Part shown: positions 40,062 through 54,411 of the stretch, in pieces
Numbering within the stretch: the first letter of the stretch is position 1
Layout of the letters: the number at the start of each line of letters is the position of its first letter
NCBI GenBank assembly: GCA_000165425.1
Contig: CT868045.1
Coordinates: 124,001-188,000, forward strand
Reading direction: 5' to 3'
Source of the DNA: Paramecium tetraurelia
Lineage: Eukaryota
DNA length: 64,000 nt
Made by a program: the position numbers and the translations under genes
The notes under the pieces: model-generated
Databases searched by the model: none
What the model was told of the DNA's origin: nothing
The model's input: only the letters and a program-made list of their open reading frames with translations

Positions 40062-42597
40062 ATGTAAGAAGCCAGATAGTTATTAATATCTAAAAACTAT
40101 GATGAAGCATTTACAAAATATAATTAATTGCTTAGTGAGAATATAGATAATAATAACAAATCAATATGCGCCTTGAATTGTGCGATATGTCTCATTAATA
40201 AATAAAATTATGAATAGGCTATGGAATTTATTGAAAAATCTATAACTTATAATCCCAAATATATCAAGGCATATTATCGAAAGGCATAAGTTTTAATTTA
40301 AATGAAGCAATATGAGGAGGCTTTGTAAATAATATAAAATTTAGATCCGTGTTAAGAAGTCAATGAATTAAAAGAACTTATTAAACTGCAGTTTAGTGAT
40401 CCTATGTATGTAATAAATGATCTAAAGAGTTGTGCAACTGAAAAGGATGCTATCAAATTCTTTAATGAATTGTATAGCAAATAAGATTACATTAATTATG
40501 ATAAATTAATGAAGGAAAATGGATTTTGTTAATAGATTCTCACTTAAAAATTCGTATTCTAATAAATGAAATACATTTAATATTGCTTTATCAAATCTCA
40601 TATGCAGTATTTACCTAAGTGGTTACAGGAATACTTATTAGCCAATTTCGAATTTTATTGCAAGTCTGAATAAGCTTCAAAAGTTTATGAATTAATTAAC
40701 ATATATTGTTCATTATTTTCTCATTTCCAAGTTAATTAGTAAGTGTTAGATTTGATAATTGAAAATTAATACTTTTTCCTAGAGAAATACTTGAAATGCA
40801 CTGTTTAATTGTTTGTCTAAAATCAAAACCCTGTTGTCAGTGTAGAATTCATTGAGAAGGTAGCTTATAAGGCTAAAAAGGCTGAAGACTTTGACACAAA
40901 TACTGAAATGTATTATCTAATTGTTGATCTAATTATATTATTGACAAAACCAAAATTAATACACTTTGGCTTTTTAAAGAGGGACACTTTTAGATATCAG
41001 GACTTATTGATCTTAATAGGAATCATCAGCAATAGCTAACTGGAATCAATTAGAAAGACTTATACAAATTTGGCGATAAAGTTATTGAATACAATAGAGA
41101 AAAAGTTGAATAAATTGAGATACATCAACTTAATAAACTAAATACTAATGATGACATTAAATAACTTTGAATTCAACCAAGAAATCAATGATAATTCTGT
41201 TAAATTGTCTGAAACATTGCTAGATTATATATAAGAATATAGAAAAAGTAAACAATTCAATTAAAATATCAAAAAGTTTTGCTTGCTCTTTCTACTTTAG
41301 AGTAAAGGTAAATATTTGTAATTGTATGAATATATTCACAAGGCAGATTGCGAAATCTTGTTGGAACACATATTCGAAGATCATAATATCGAAATTGATG
41401 AATCTATAGTGTTATTATAATTTATTACTTAATTTGATGATATCAAGATTATGATAATGCAGAAGAGAGAGCAACTTAAAAAGATTTATAATAACATAAA
41501 TAATCAATTTAAATTGGAAGGTAAAACATCACTTCAGAAGTTAAGACAATATCAGATTTTAGTAGGTTACTTTAATATCTTATTATAATTGACTACGGAT
41601 AGATCTGCTGAAACAAAGGAAGAACAGAAACAGAGATTCTAGATTAATGATGAATAATATGAATAAAATCGTTAATTTGCTAAGTAGTATTAATAAGACA
41701 TTTCTGAAAAGTATTTTACTTATACAAACGAATACATCATGAAAGAATAAATTGTAAAATTCATAGCTCTTGAAATGAGAACAATTCAATTACTGTCATC
41801 ATTTATATTTTAATATTAAGACATACTAAACAATGAAAATGTTGTATCGAAATTACTTACTTAATTTAGTTCTGAAGATTAAGTTCATTAATACTTATTT
41901 GATAAATAATGTTTAAAATTAGTATCGAAATCTATCTTATCAAAGAATGAATTTGGAATTCCCTATTTATGTAAATAGATGAGAAATGCAAATCCAGAAT
42001 TATTTGATTTTAAGGAGGCATAATTGATATGTGATGCTCTCTTTGTTTGTTCTTAGAATGCCACTCATGAATTATTGACATTTTATGCATTATTGGGAAT
42101 TGTGCAATTGACATCACTGGGTGATTTTATTGTGGATAGAATCATGGATTAGAAACAATACATATAAATATAGAATTTCCTAATGGATGAGAATAATTAT
42201 ATAGTTCATGCTAGTCTAGAGATTTTTAACAATATATCTTTGAATGAAAAGTTCTTAGTACTTTTGGAGGATAGTAAATTGCCTACATTTCTTCAATTAG
42301 TATAAGCTTTGACAAAACAATTCTATGAGAATATTGAAGGTAAGCCTGGATAGAATGAAAAAGACTTCAGTCACCCTAAGTAAATATTATAAACATTGTT
42401 GGGATTGATTTCAATAATTTCATAAGTGTTGATTGTTCAAGATTATTTCAAAAAGGAATTGCCTCTGATTGTAGATAGATAGTTTTATAATAGAGTCCTA
42501 CCTTATTCGAATGAGAACCAAATAAAAAAAGTAATAATTGTAAATATATTGATAGATCAAGATAGTTTGGGAAGAGTACGGATATAAACATCATTGA
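40062..42597 (+). CDS. N-terminal TPR + ARM/UCS-like protein (UNC-45-like myosin chaperone candidate)
   Basis: Three TPRs (..YNPKYIKAYYRKA); C-terminal LLTFYALLGIVQLTS..IQNFLMDENNYIVHASLEIFNNI resembles the UCS domain. Confidence 0.6.
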
Positions 42598-42646
42598 ATA
42601 GTTTGATTAAATTTAAAATTATAATATAAGTATCATCAAATTTACA

Positions 42647-45119
42647 TCATCCTCTTGGAAATATTTTGGTTGCTATGCTCTTGAAAGTAGCTATGTTCAA
42701 GGGTTTAGTCATAAAGTAATCTATACCAGCATCATAGGCCTTCTCCTTAGTTTCCAGATCACTGAAGCCTGTGTTGGCAATGACGTACACCTTTTTAATG
42801 ATTCGATTTTGCATCATTCTTTTGATAACTCTGACTGTTTCAATTCCACCCATGATGGGCATGTTGATATCAAGGAAGATCAGTTAATACCAGCAATTTT
42901 GGCATTTGGGACAGGGTTTGACTAATTTGTTGTTTATTAGTTCGAGTGCCTCCATTCCATTATAGGCTTTATCACTGATGGCAGAGTATTAAGACATTAA
43001 CATCTATAAGGCCATAATATTGAAGTATTCGTCATCAACAATTAGGACTCTTGGACAGCAAGTGCTCTTTAGCGAATAGGCTTGAATAGTATCTTAGAGT
43101 TGGGGTATAATAGATTGTATAGGTTGAAGAGTCTATTTGTTTTCATCGAATTCTTTGGAATAAACAGTGAGATTGCCATCGTCTAGATTGGATTGTCCAC
43201 TGAAAATAGATTTAAAAGTGGCTTAGCTGAACTTGATTTGTACATCATTGATGTTTTCATAATATGAATTGATAGTTTGAAATTTGACAATGGTTCTATG
43301 AAAATTAGATTGTAGTTTTTCGATGTTATCTTTGAATTCAGTCATATTTTTAATGAAGAAATAAAAACATGAGCCAGATTTATTTGAAGTGAATTGAATT
43401 TTGCAATCTTCATCAGCATTCAATTTTTTAACAAGTAAATTGCTTATAAAGAGTCCAAGACTTGATCCTATACTATTGTCAGAGACTCTCAACATTATCC
43501 GTTGCTCTAAGATTCTCCTCAAATTACTCTCCTCTTGAAAACCCTAATATAAATATTAATATTCTAACCATGCCAATTCCAGTATCCTTGACCATGATTT
43601 CATAAGAATACTCCTTTTGTTTGATCAATATTTAGATACTGCCAGTGATGGTAAAACGAACAGCATTAGACACTAATTGAAAGATCACTTAACGAAATCG
43701 ATCGCGATCATTGAATATGGGAACTAATTAGGAAATGAATGATACAAGATTCTGTTGGTAAAATCAATTCGATTCCTTTTTATTGGCAAGTGGGTTGGAA
43801 GAAGTCTACGATTTCTTGGATTTACTCCCGAATGTTGAATGTTGATAGACTCAGATAGAATTGATCAGTTTCAATTGAACTATAATCTCTGATGTTGGAG
43901 ATGATCAAATTCAATTACTGACTATTGGATAGGATTGGCTAGACAATGTTGTCTTTGACATCTTGTGTGATTGATGACTTTTAGAGGGCAATTTCTGATA
44001 AGCTTTGGATGCAATTGAGATTGGTTCCTAGTTCGTGAGATAGGGATTTGCACATGTCGAAAACGTTGTTGTTGATCTCGATGGTGAGTTTAGGAACAAG
44101 TTGAAAATGCATTATATAATACATTTATCTTCTGCCCATCAAACCGAAGACGTTTATCAAATACTTCTGAATGTCGAAGACTTGTCCTTGCATCTGGAAT
44201 GTCTAATAATAATAATCAGAATTAATCTGAGTTTACAACTGGTTCTCCAAGACCTACCTCAAAGTCACAACTCCTTTTTAAGACACAAGCGATTGCTGAC
44301 TGTTGTCTAGTCTTGAGATAAACTTTACTCCCTAATCCAATAGGTGATTCACTATTTCTTCCTAGTCATCTGTGGATTCAATCGATTTGTCAAATATTTT
44401 AAGATCGAAACTGTAGAACTTCATTTTTAAATCTGCTCCCATGACTAAGTATTTCTCGTATGATAACCATTTACTTATTAGATTAAATATTCTTACTAAT
44501 CTAGCCATGGTTCGTCGTCCATCATCTTCAACGAATTTATCATCGGCATGCTTCTTCTGGATTCTTGGATGATCGCAAAGGTTTGTTATATTTACCCCCC
44601 TCCAGTTGAGACTTGAGCAAAGGATTGCTGAAGTTTATCTCCCTCGGACAATTTCCCTTAATACAAATTTTAGACTATCCAAATAACAATTTGCATGAAG
44701 TTTATGAGTTAATCATATCCTAAATTAATAAAATTGTTGAATTCGAATAAATTTAGAATCATCATACAAGCAAATGAATATTGTAGCGATTTTCTTTTGT
44801 AACTTTCTTAGGTCATGTAAATTTAAAATAGGATTAGAAGGTTTTGATTGGTGCTCAGCCTGACATCCATAATCCAAACAATCACTATCTTTCCCAAAGA
44901 TGAAACCAAATTCAATTTGTATTTCATATCGACTTGCCATTCAACAAATACTAGTAGTTGTTGTAACATTACAAATAATCCAAATCCAACCATCAGAGAA
45001 ATCGTTAATAACTAACCTAGTCCGTCCTCAAACGATTAAAAAAGCAAGATTGAAATCATAGCCAAATCCATTACAATGAATAAGAAAGTATTCACAATCA
45101 ATAATTTTTTATATACCAT
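42647..45119 (-). CDS. Membrane hybrid histidine kinase, paralogue of 30254-32638
   Basis: SLSHELGTNLNCI, DRDRFRQVIFQLVSNAVRFT, VKDTGIG, GSSLGLFIS, VLIVDDEYFN, IFLDINMPIMGG, FMTKP. Confidence 0.9.
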
Positions 45120-45137
45120 TTAATTAAATTAATAATA

Positions 45138-47699
45138 TCATTTAATTTTTCTTCTACTGAGAATCTTCTCCATCATTGATTTGTCCTCTTCCTGCAAAGT
45201 ACATAAAATTAATGGTTCCATGTTAAAGTAATTGTCATTCTTCCGTCTAATCATATTAATAACCAAATTACCCTCCTGTTCGCTTCCCCAAAACAGTGGC
45301 CAAATCCCTGAACATCTCCTGTAAACAATTACGTCTCTTCTCCAAAATCGAGTATTTGTGATTTATCCTCTGCACCGGAGGAAATGCCTTCAAATAGAAA
45401 TCCACTCTCTGCGTTGTCAAATATGCTCTCTAACACAAGACATCCACCAAATTGATTAACTCCTTAAAATTACTAGTCTTGATATTCTAATTCCACCAAT
45501 TCGCAATCTAATCCCCACACTCAGGCATATCCAACATATCCAACAGACTCTTCATCTTATAATCTGGCAAACCACTATCAAAGAACCCTTAGCACACCGA
45601 TCTGTAGGCGAAATACTCTCTAAAGTCGTGCATCAATTGAAGCCAAGTCTTAGGCAATAAATAACTCTACGGTAAAACACTAAATAGTTGAATGATTGGA
45701 GGCTTCTTCAATTCGATTTCCATGAACTCAATTGTGACCTAAGGTTGATTCAGTTGTTTCTTGAATAACCCCTTTGGCTATATGATTGATTGAGGGTCGA
45801 TCACCATTTAGTTAAAAGGAGAACCACCTTAACATCATGTTTCATAATTACCATTCATCTAAATGATCTATTTGCCTGGTTTCTTAATACTTGTTAACAG
45901 AATCTCTCCATAACTAACTGAAAGTGGATTCAAAGTACCTAATTTCTCCATATGAGCAATAAATTCAATGACTAACACCAATTATTAATCCTTCTTTGTT
46001 GGCACGCATCTCAAAATTATTGGATAATCAACTAAAAATAGCCATCTATGTCAATGTTATCAAATTATACTTATCAGGGGATGAGGGATCAGCTTAGCAA
46101 GGTACAAAGACTGTATTACCAATAAATTTTTAATTTACTTTATCAAACAAACACATTGCTACTTCTCTCAACCTAAATGATTTTAAATCACACTTCTTTT
46201 CATCTGGAGATGGTAAACCAGCAGCCAAATGGAATTTAATTTCGTAAAAGACCAATGGAGGTGTCTGAGTCCTAATTTTAATTTATAATCTACATATCAA
46301 TTAAGGATCTTTAAAGATTGTACTTTTAGGCCTAAATCAAATTTAAATCTTCATATAATAATCCACTGCTGTCCAGTTGAGGTGAGAGACAACTGGAAAT
46401 TGTGTTCAAACCCTTTTTATTCTGAGCAAAAATAAAGGAATAAGTGAAGTTCTTAGGGATGCCCTAGAATAGTTCTCTTATCCCTGTAATTGAAAGGTTC
46501 TTGAAGTTGTTGATCTTGGTGAGAAGTGTCTAAGACTTAGGAGTATGTTGTGAGAACGGTTTATCCAAGAAATTGATGAGTTCGTCTTACTCGATGAATC
46601 CACTTCCATCCTCATCAATTTCTTCAAAGAGATCTATTAGATCATTATTATCTAGTAAGATTCCTAATTTCTTAAACACCTATTGCAATTGAGCCATGTC
46701 CAACTCATTTCTATTGGCATCTGTTAAGATATTATATTCACTCTAGATTTAAGCAAACAGTTCGTCTGTGGACAATATGGCTTTCATCAATTAATCCTTA
46801 ATAATGACATTGAATTCCATTTTCGATATCTTTTCATCATGGTTCTTATCAAAGACTTGAAAATATTAATCCAATTCTTGCGGAGTGGGATTGATACCAA
46901 GTTAGAGCAAAGCAATATTCAATTCCTTGGGATCCAACCATCCATTTTAATTTGAATCAATTGAGTTAAATAAATCCTCAATCTATTAATCTAAAGTAGG
47001 TTCATTATTTTCATTGACTTCTTTCTAGAATCTCACTGGTTTTAATTGCTAAGTTTAGGCAGGTTGTTGATCTTCATTGTTCTAGTGCTCAGACATATTA
47101 TCTTCTTATTTATTTTCAGCTATCTATTTTTTATACTCTTCTATGTAATTCTCTTGTTGCGAAAGTTGTTACAAATCTTGTCGTTGAAATGATCTTTTAT
47201 CGTTGGCTCCTTATTTGAGAGCAGTTTGAGCATTGAGAGTATGATGCACATTGATTGATCGTTGACTCGAAGAACTCGACATGTTGATGTGTTATGAGCT
47301 TCCTTATTAATGCTATTGAGATTGGAAGATGTTTGAATTCTGATTATTTTGAATTGGCATCTCCGATTATCCTTAGGAACCCTCCATATTATCTGAGCTT
47401 TGATTGAGGATGATCTGTGTTTTTTTTTTGTTTTAATCGATTATGTTAATTTTTAATTATCTTGCCAATGCAGACAAAGTAGTAATTTCTTGTATAAATA
47501 GCTTTTCCTTCAATGCCACTATTTCTTCTATGTTTATATCGATAATTATATTTTTAACAACTTCTTCGAAATTAGTAAAGGTTATCTACTTCTATTAGTC
47601 TGCTTTGGCAACAAAGTCACACCACAATCCTTTCTCTTTAATTTCTCTAGTTAGGACACTTGAGATGTCTTTGTAGACACTTTCTAAATTTTAAGCCAT
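45138..47699 (-). CDS. EF-hand protein fused to a nephrocystin-1 (NPHP1)-like C2/helical C-terminal module
   Basis: EF loops DSNQNGWLDPKE, DKNHDEKISKME, DEDGSGFIEQDE; then LSPQLDSSGLLYEDL, GLPSP, VAMCLFD..FIGN, LVIEF, MNGGSPF..IDP, QPQV, LDMPE..W in NPHP1 order. Confidence 0.7.
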
Positions 47700-47833
47700 T
47701 TAAAATATATAATAACTATATTAAATTTGTAATGAAATTATAATGAGATGGGTGGAGTATATGGGATTGTAATTGGGAAGCAAGGAGTGTGTTCTTTTTT
47801 GATTATTAAAATTATTTTCAAGATTAAATTAAA

Positions 47834-48262
47834 ATGTCTGGTTTTATGAGATTAACAAAAATCAATAGGTTAATGCAAAGGTCGGAAGAGAATATGAAAA
47901 ATTTGAAGTCCTTGTATGCACCTCAATTTAATCGAGGGTATGATGACGATTTGACTGTGATTGGCAGAATGAAGTAAATCCATTGATCTCATAAGCGTAG
48001 TTGGATGAAGATCAGGCAACCCAAAATGTATCCTACTGGCAAAGAGGAAGAAACATTCTAGGCTAGAAATATCTAGAGATTCCCTGAACTCAGAGATAGC
48101 TTGTCAAATGAAATTGATCAAGTGCTTGAATTCTTGAAATTGAGAAACAATGAAAAATTGTCGAAAACATTAAAGAATGTTAAAGGAAACAATGTTGATG
48201 AGAAGATATTTAGAGCAATGGAATATGACATAAACTCATTTAAGTAATTAGAGGAAAAGTGA
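47834..48262 (+). CDS. Small basic hypothetical protein, possibly mitochondrial
   Basis: MSGFMRLTKINRLMQRS..; one 22-nt intron; ends QLEEK-TGA. Confidence 0.65.
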
Positions 48263-48508
48263 TTATATTCAAAAGAGTAAATATAAACCACATTCACAAC
48301 ATTTGGCTATCCCTATATAATTCGAATAATTATTTATTCACAATTATCTTTTAATTGTGTTAATATATATGATCCAATTATTCAAATATATCTCCCATTA
48401 AGGTTCTGTATACAAATATAGATTGTTTGTAATTAGAGATTAAAGAGAGAAAGGGAGAGTAATTATTGAAATTTAAGGATCGATAATAATTTTAAATGAT
48501 TCTGAATA

Positions 48509-49752
<1,244 letters not shown>

Positions 49753-49766
49753 AAGTTAATTATATA

Positions 49767-50857
49767 TCATTCAAGAAAATTACAAAGTAACGCACATCTT
49801 TTTGGTTTGGCTTTGTGTTTTATCATTATTCTGCTCCTTCCTGATTGCAAAAAAAGCGTCTCGTTTTTCTCTATTCTCCTTGCTTTCTACAACTTGATTA
49901 GAGTTCCGAATTTAGAATTCTTGTCCTCAATGTACAACTTCTCATTCCTACAGAGCTATTACAACTATCGTACCTCACAACAAATGCAAGATGAGTTCTG
50001 CTAATCGTTATCTCACTAATCTTGACATTGCTCTCATGACCTCGTCCCACTGTCAAAGTTGTCAGATCCTTAAAATTCAAAACCAGGATAGTCTAATTTT
50101 CAATATCTTCTAACACAACATGGTATTTTAGATTTTCGAGATTATACAATGCTAACACGCTTGTCCCTGTGTACACTATGGAAGGATAGAACGATTAGCA
50201 AATTTCACATCTGACACTCTTAGCATTTATTCTAAATTTGTGTATGTTTGTTACTCAGTACAATATTGAGTTTGTTTCGCTTACATTTTCCCAAATAGCC
50301 AAGTCTTCAAGCAATCATAATGCACGTACTTGGTACTACCACAACAACGACATAATGATAACAAAGGATTAGAAGTGTTGCAAGTATGTCCCAAACATAT
50401 TCGGCACATATTTGATGACTCAAATAATGAGGCTTCTACATTTTCAATTTGACTAGCTACATTTTGGTAATGTGTCAAATGTAAGTTGTTTTCATTGCTA
50501 ATACTTAGCACTTTCAGCACCTTCTTCCCTAACTTTATCACATCATTCTGTCTTATTTGTTACTCATTCTTTGACTGAATCCATAAATCCTCAATCTTAT
50601 CTTTATCTCCAATAACGAATTATCCTACAATGCAGTGGCCAAATACTACCATCGTCAATTCTGACATTGAATAGAGTCCTTACTCCATCCTTTCTACTCA
50701 AATTCTAATCAAAAAATGTTTCATTTTCCCCATTTCTACAAAATATTCCAGGTTCGTTTATCAAATATTCCTATATTCTATAATTTTGCGATTCTCCATC
50801 AAACAATTCATAATTCGGCTTATCCCATGTTGTTATTGTTACAATAAGCTCCCCCAT
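49767..50857 (-). CDS. FHA + RINGv (C4HC3) + FHA E3 ubiquitin ligase
   Basis: CRICLG..LLSLCRCCGSTKYVHYDCLKTW..CEIC; FHA VGRGHESNVKISEITISRTH..DKNSKFGT. Confidence 0.88.
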
Positions 50858-51387
50858 TTCAATTAAAATAATTAAATTATTACAAGAAGTATCATACGCA
50901 AAATTTATTCAGTAATGTGTTATATTATGCACATTTATAAATAAATACTCATAGACTCCCTAAATTCCTCCTCAATCCAATTCTCTATCTTGCGTTACTA
51001 TTCCATATTCCACCCATATTCCACAGTTCTCTCTCCATTCCCCATAGCCAAGTTACTATATGCCTCATTCAAGCACACCCACAACATTCCCTGGAGACAA
51101 TCATTATTAAAAACTGGGTTCTGCCCATTTTTTTATGGCATGCTTAATAATTCAATTATTAATATTTAATATCTTTCTGAAGACTTTATGAATTTAAAAT
51201 CATGTATTGAAAGATTTATTTTATGTAAACCTGTTTAAATAATTGTGTTATCATAATGTGATTAGTTATTCTTTGAATCTAAACTAAGTTTATTAATAAG
51301 GATTATAGATATATATCTAAGGGAGTATAGAAATAATGCATTAATTAACCTGTGTAATATCAATTAGATATGTAAATTATTAATAAA

Positions 51388-52296
51388 TCATTATTCATGA
51401 ATAAATGCAACAATCACTGTTATATCGTCACTCTTTCCTCCCATATATCTTAGCCTACTCTGCTTAGCATGCTGAGCGAAAGGTGAATTGTATTTAGGAT
51501 CCAAAGATAATCTATAGGCATAATTAGCAATTGACTTAGCCAATGCTTAAGGATTATTAGGTTCGGTCTTAATAACATCTTCTATGACCACTTGAATTTA
51601 TTAAGCTGACATATTATCAAACAATCCATCAGTTCCCAAGACTAATAAGTCTCCAACCTAAACTTTATGAGTCTCATCTGTAGCTACATTTGGATTGTCT
51701 CCTTCACTTCCAATCTACAATTGATTAATCAAGATACTTGATATGGGAAATTGAATGATTTCTATTATTCTTGAGATTTGTAATTCAATTGATATTTATC
51801 ATCAACTTTGCGATAAATGGCAAATCCTGAATCTCCGACTAAGGAGGATTTCAATTCACTTTTATTTAATGCTACCACACAAACCGTAGTGCTGCCCTTT
51901 GCTTTAGTTACCTTATGAGCTGCAATTATATATTTTTTAGGGTTCTTAAGATCTTCAGGATTCTACTTGAAGGCTTCCTCTAATTTTTTGCATAATTCTT
52001 TGCTATACAACCCTGGATCGATTCCCAACTAAATTCAACTTATCAACAATATCAATTACCTCAGCCCATCCACCAACACCATCTGCTACAACAAGGATCT
52101 TTTTGTCTGCAAATAGAGCATCTTCACCTCCCTTATGGACTTTCTCAGGATGAGGTATCATATGAGATCCATAATTGAAATAGTATTCTTTGGTAGTACA
52201 AAAATTGGTTTGTGTTAGGGTGGTCAATCCAATGGCTGATGCTGACCATACTATTTAATTTCTTAATTATCTCAAATAATTTAAAGAAGGCCTCAT
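51388..52296 (-). CDS. PTC7: PP2C-family phosphatase PTC7, with transit-peptide-like N-terminus
   Basis: PHPEKVHKGGEDA..VVADGVGGW, GSTTVC, GDSGF, QQKSFNFPYQ, GTDGLFDN, GGKSDDITV. Confidence 0.9.
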
Positions 52297-52338
52297 AATT
52301 AAATTTTAATATTAATGCTTCTCTATTATTATAATATT

Positions 52339-53001
52339 TCATAAATGTGCCTTGTTGACCAAATTTTGGTTAGCGTAGTCCCAATTCACTAAATTAGTTA
52401 AAAACAAATTTGCATAATCGACTCTTCTATTCTAAAAGTCCAAATAGTATGCATGTTCCCAAACATCTAATGTAATCAAAGGATTGTATCCGGATGTTAT
52501 GGGGTTGTCAGCATTCGATGTCTTGACAATACTGACTTTTCCGTCCTTCTCTACTAACCAGGTCCATCTATTGAGAATTAAGAATATTCTTATACCCTGA
52601 TCCAAATTAACTCAAAGCGGCATCTGTGAATGCCTTGCTGAAGGAATCCAAACTGTCGAAGCTTTACAATATCAAATCTTTAACTTATCCAGTTGCAGGG
52701 CCACCACCTTATTATTTCATACTTCTCCAATAAAATCTAATGACTTAATTTTCTAAGATTACGTGTGATTCCAGTTTTGAGCTGCATTATTGAAAATGGC
52801 AACTGTGGCTGGATTTCCAAAAGTATTCTTTACTACGTCTGTAAGACTTTGAGTTTCATAGGGTGTTCCTTTAGTGAGTTCGTTCAACTTGTTCACGTAT
52901 CCAGCATGATGTTTTCCATAGTGAAAACTGATGGTGTTTGCTGAAATATGTGGAGCCAAGGCATCCTAAGCATATGGCAATGGGTCAAGAACGAATGACA
53001 T
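52339..53001 (-). CDS. Fe/Mn superoxide dismutase, Fe-type signature; C-terminal AHL
   Basis: [49 protein letters not shown]. Confidence 0.93.
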
Positions 53002-53129
53002 TATGATATTTTATTTAATTTATCAAATGCCTTGCCTCTAAATCCTTTAATAACACTAATAAGATATGTTCGTTTAGATATATATTGGGAGAATATATAA
53101 TAATCTTATTTAAAATAAGTAAATTTTAA

Positions 53130-54398
53130 TCATCTTACCGATTAAACCGAAAATGTAATCGGTTCCATTTCTTATTCCTACCCTCTCGATTGACGACCAC
53201 CCTCATTGCTCTAGGCTATCTCATCTGCAGTCTACTTCATTCTTATGATATTCAAACTCAGAATCATCACCAACATTAATATGGGAACAGACATCAACGA
53301 AAGGTAGAGCATGTTATAATTGTATTGATTCCCCAATTCACCCAAACTTACCTTGTCTCTGCCTAAAATATATATAATAAAATTTATACTATAGTAGATT
53401 GATTGAGCAATGCCTACTTTTTTAGCTTCTAGATCATAATGAGTATAATACTTCTGCAGAAATACTACTCCGAGAATGATTTCGTCATCGTTGTCCAAGT
53501 TTTAGAAATTCAAATAACACCTGTATTACAAAAAATAGTTGTATCCGCAATAGGAGATGTAATCCTAGGGAAGTAGGGTTAGGTTTAATTAAGAATTAAT
53601 ATTAAGAATTAGATGTGGGAATTGAGTAGTGTAATGACATACTAATTCATGAAAATAATTATGTTTTACTTATTCGCAATGTAAATTATAGTCATCGTTA
53701 AAAATGTTATGCAGACTATGAAACTTTCTGGTCGACAACATAATTTTGGATGTGCCACTATCAAACAAGATTAATTATTTATTTGACTCCAACATATATT
53801 AGTGAGTGTCATTTGAAACAAGGACAGAATTGGCATAAACATTCCATAGATCACTCCTTGTAGTATTGACATAATGGAGTTGTCCCACATAATTAGATGG
53901 ATTTGGCTTACCTAAAGTCAACAAGGAATTGGCAGAGCAGATTTAATCGCTCAACAATAATCCGAACTATTTAACATCTATGATTGTGTGATTATACAGG
54001 AGGTCAATAAGATTGGCATCCGAATCAGGATACTACTTGCTTAAACCAATGATTCCATCGGCAATAAGAGATTCTAAATCTTGTACTCTCTCAACTTCGA
54101 CAACTGATAAATTGAGTGATTGATTGCCGAATTCGAACAATTGTGTGAATTAGGTACCATAGATGCTTCCCAAACCATAGTCTAATCTCTTTTGCATAAT
54201 CGCTTAACACTTATTGCATTCATAATATTTTCTCCTATCGTTTTGTTTTCCAAATATCCAAAGCGTATCGCTTCCTGTGTCCACAATTAAATTATAAGTG
54301 AAATTATTGGCTGTTATTGGAACACTATAATACACCTATTGCAAATTGATGAGCTGAACATCTAGCGATTACACAGATGCTATTATAAAAATTATCAT
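53130..54398 (-). CDS. Pepsin-family (A1) aspartic protease with C-terminal TM anchor
   Basis: LIVDTGSDTLW, YGLGSIYG, DGIIGL, ILFDSGTS, IILGVVFLQKYYTHYD; TM MLYLSLMSVPILMLVMILSL. Confidence 0.9.
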
Positions 54399-54411
54399 AT
54401 TTAATAATTAA

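Noticed and set aside
30254..45119. Bacterial contamination or recent HGT suggested by histidine kinases
   Set aside because: Both use code 6, contain tiny spliceosomal introns and are flanked by eukaryotic genes
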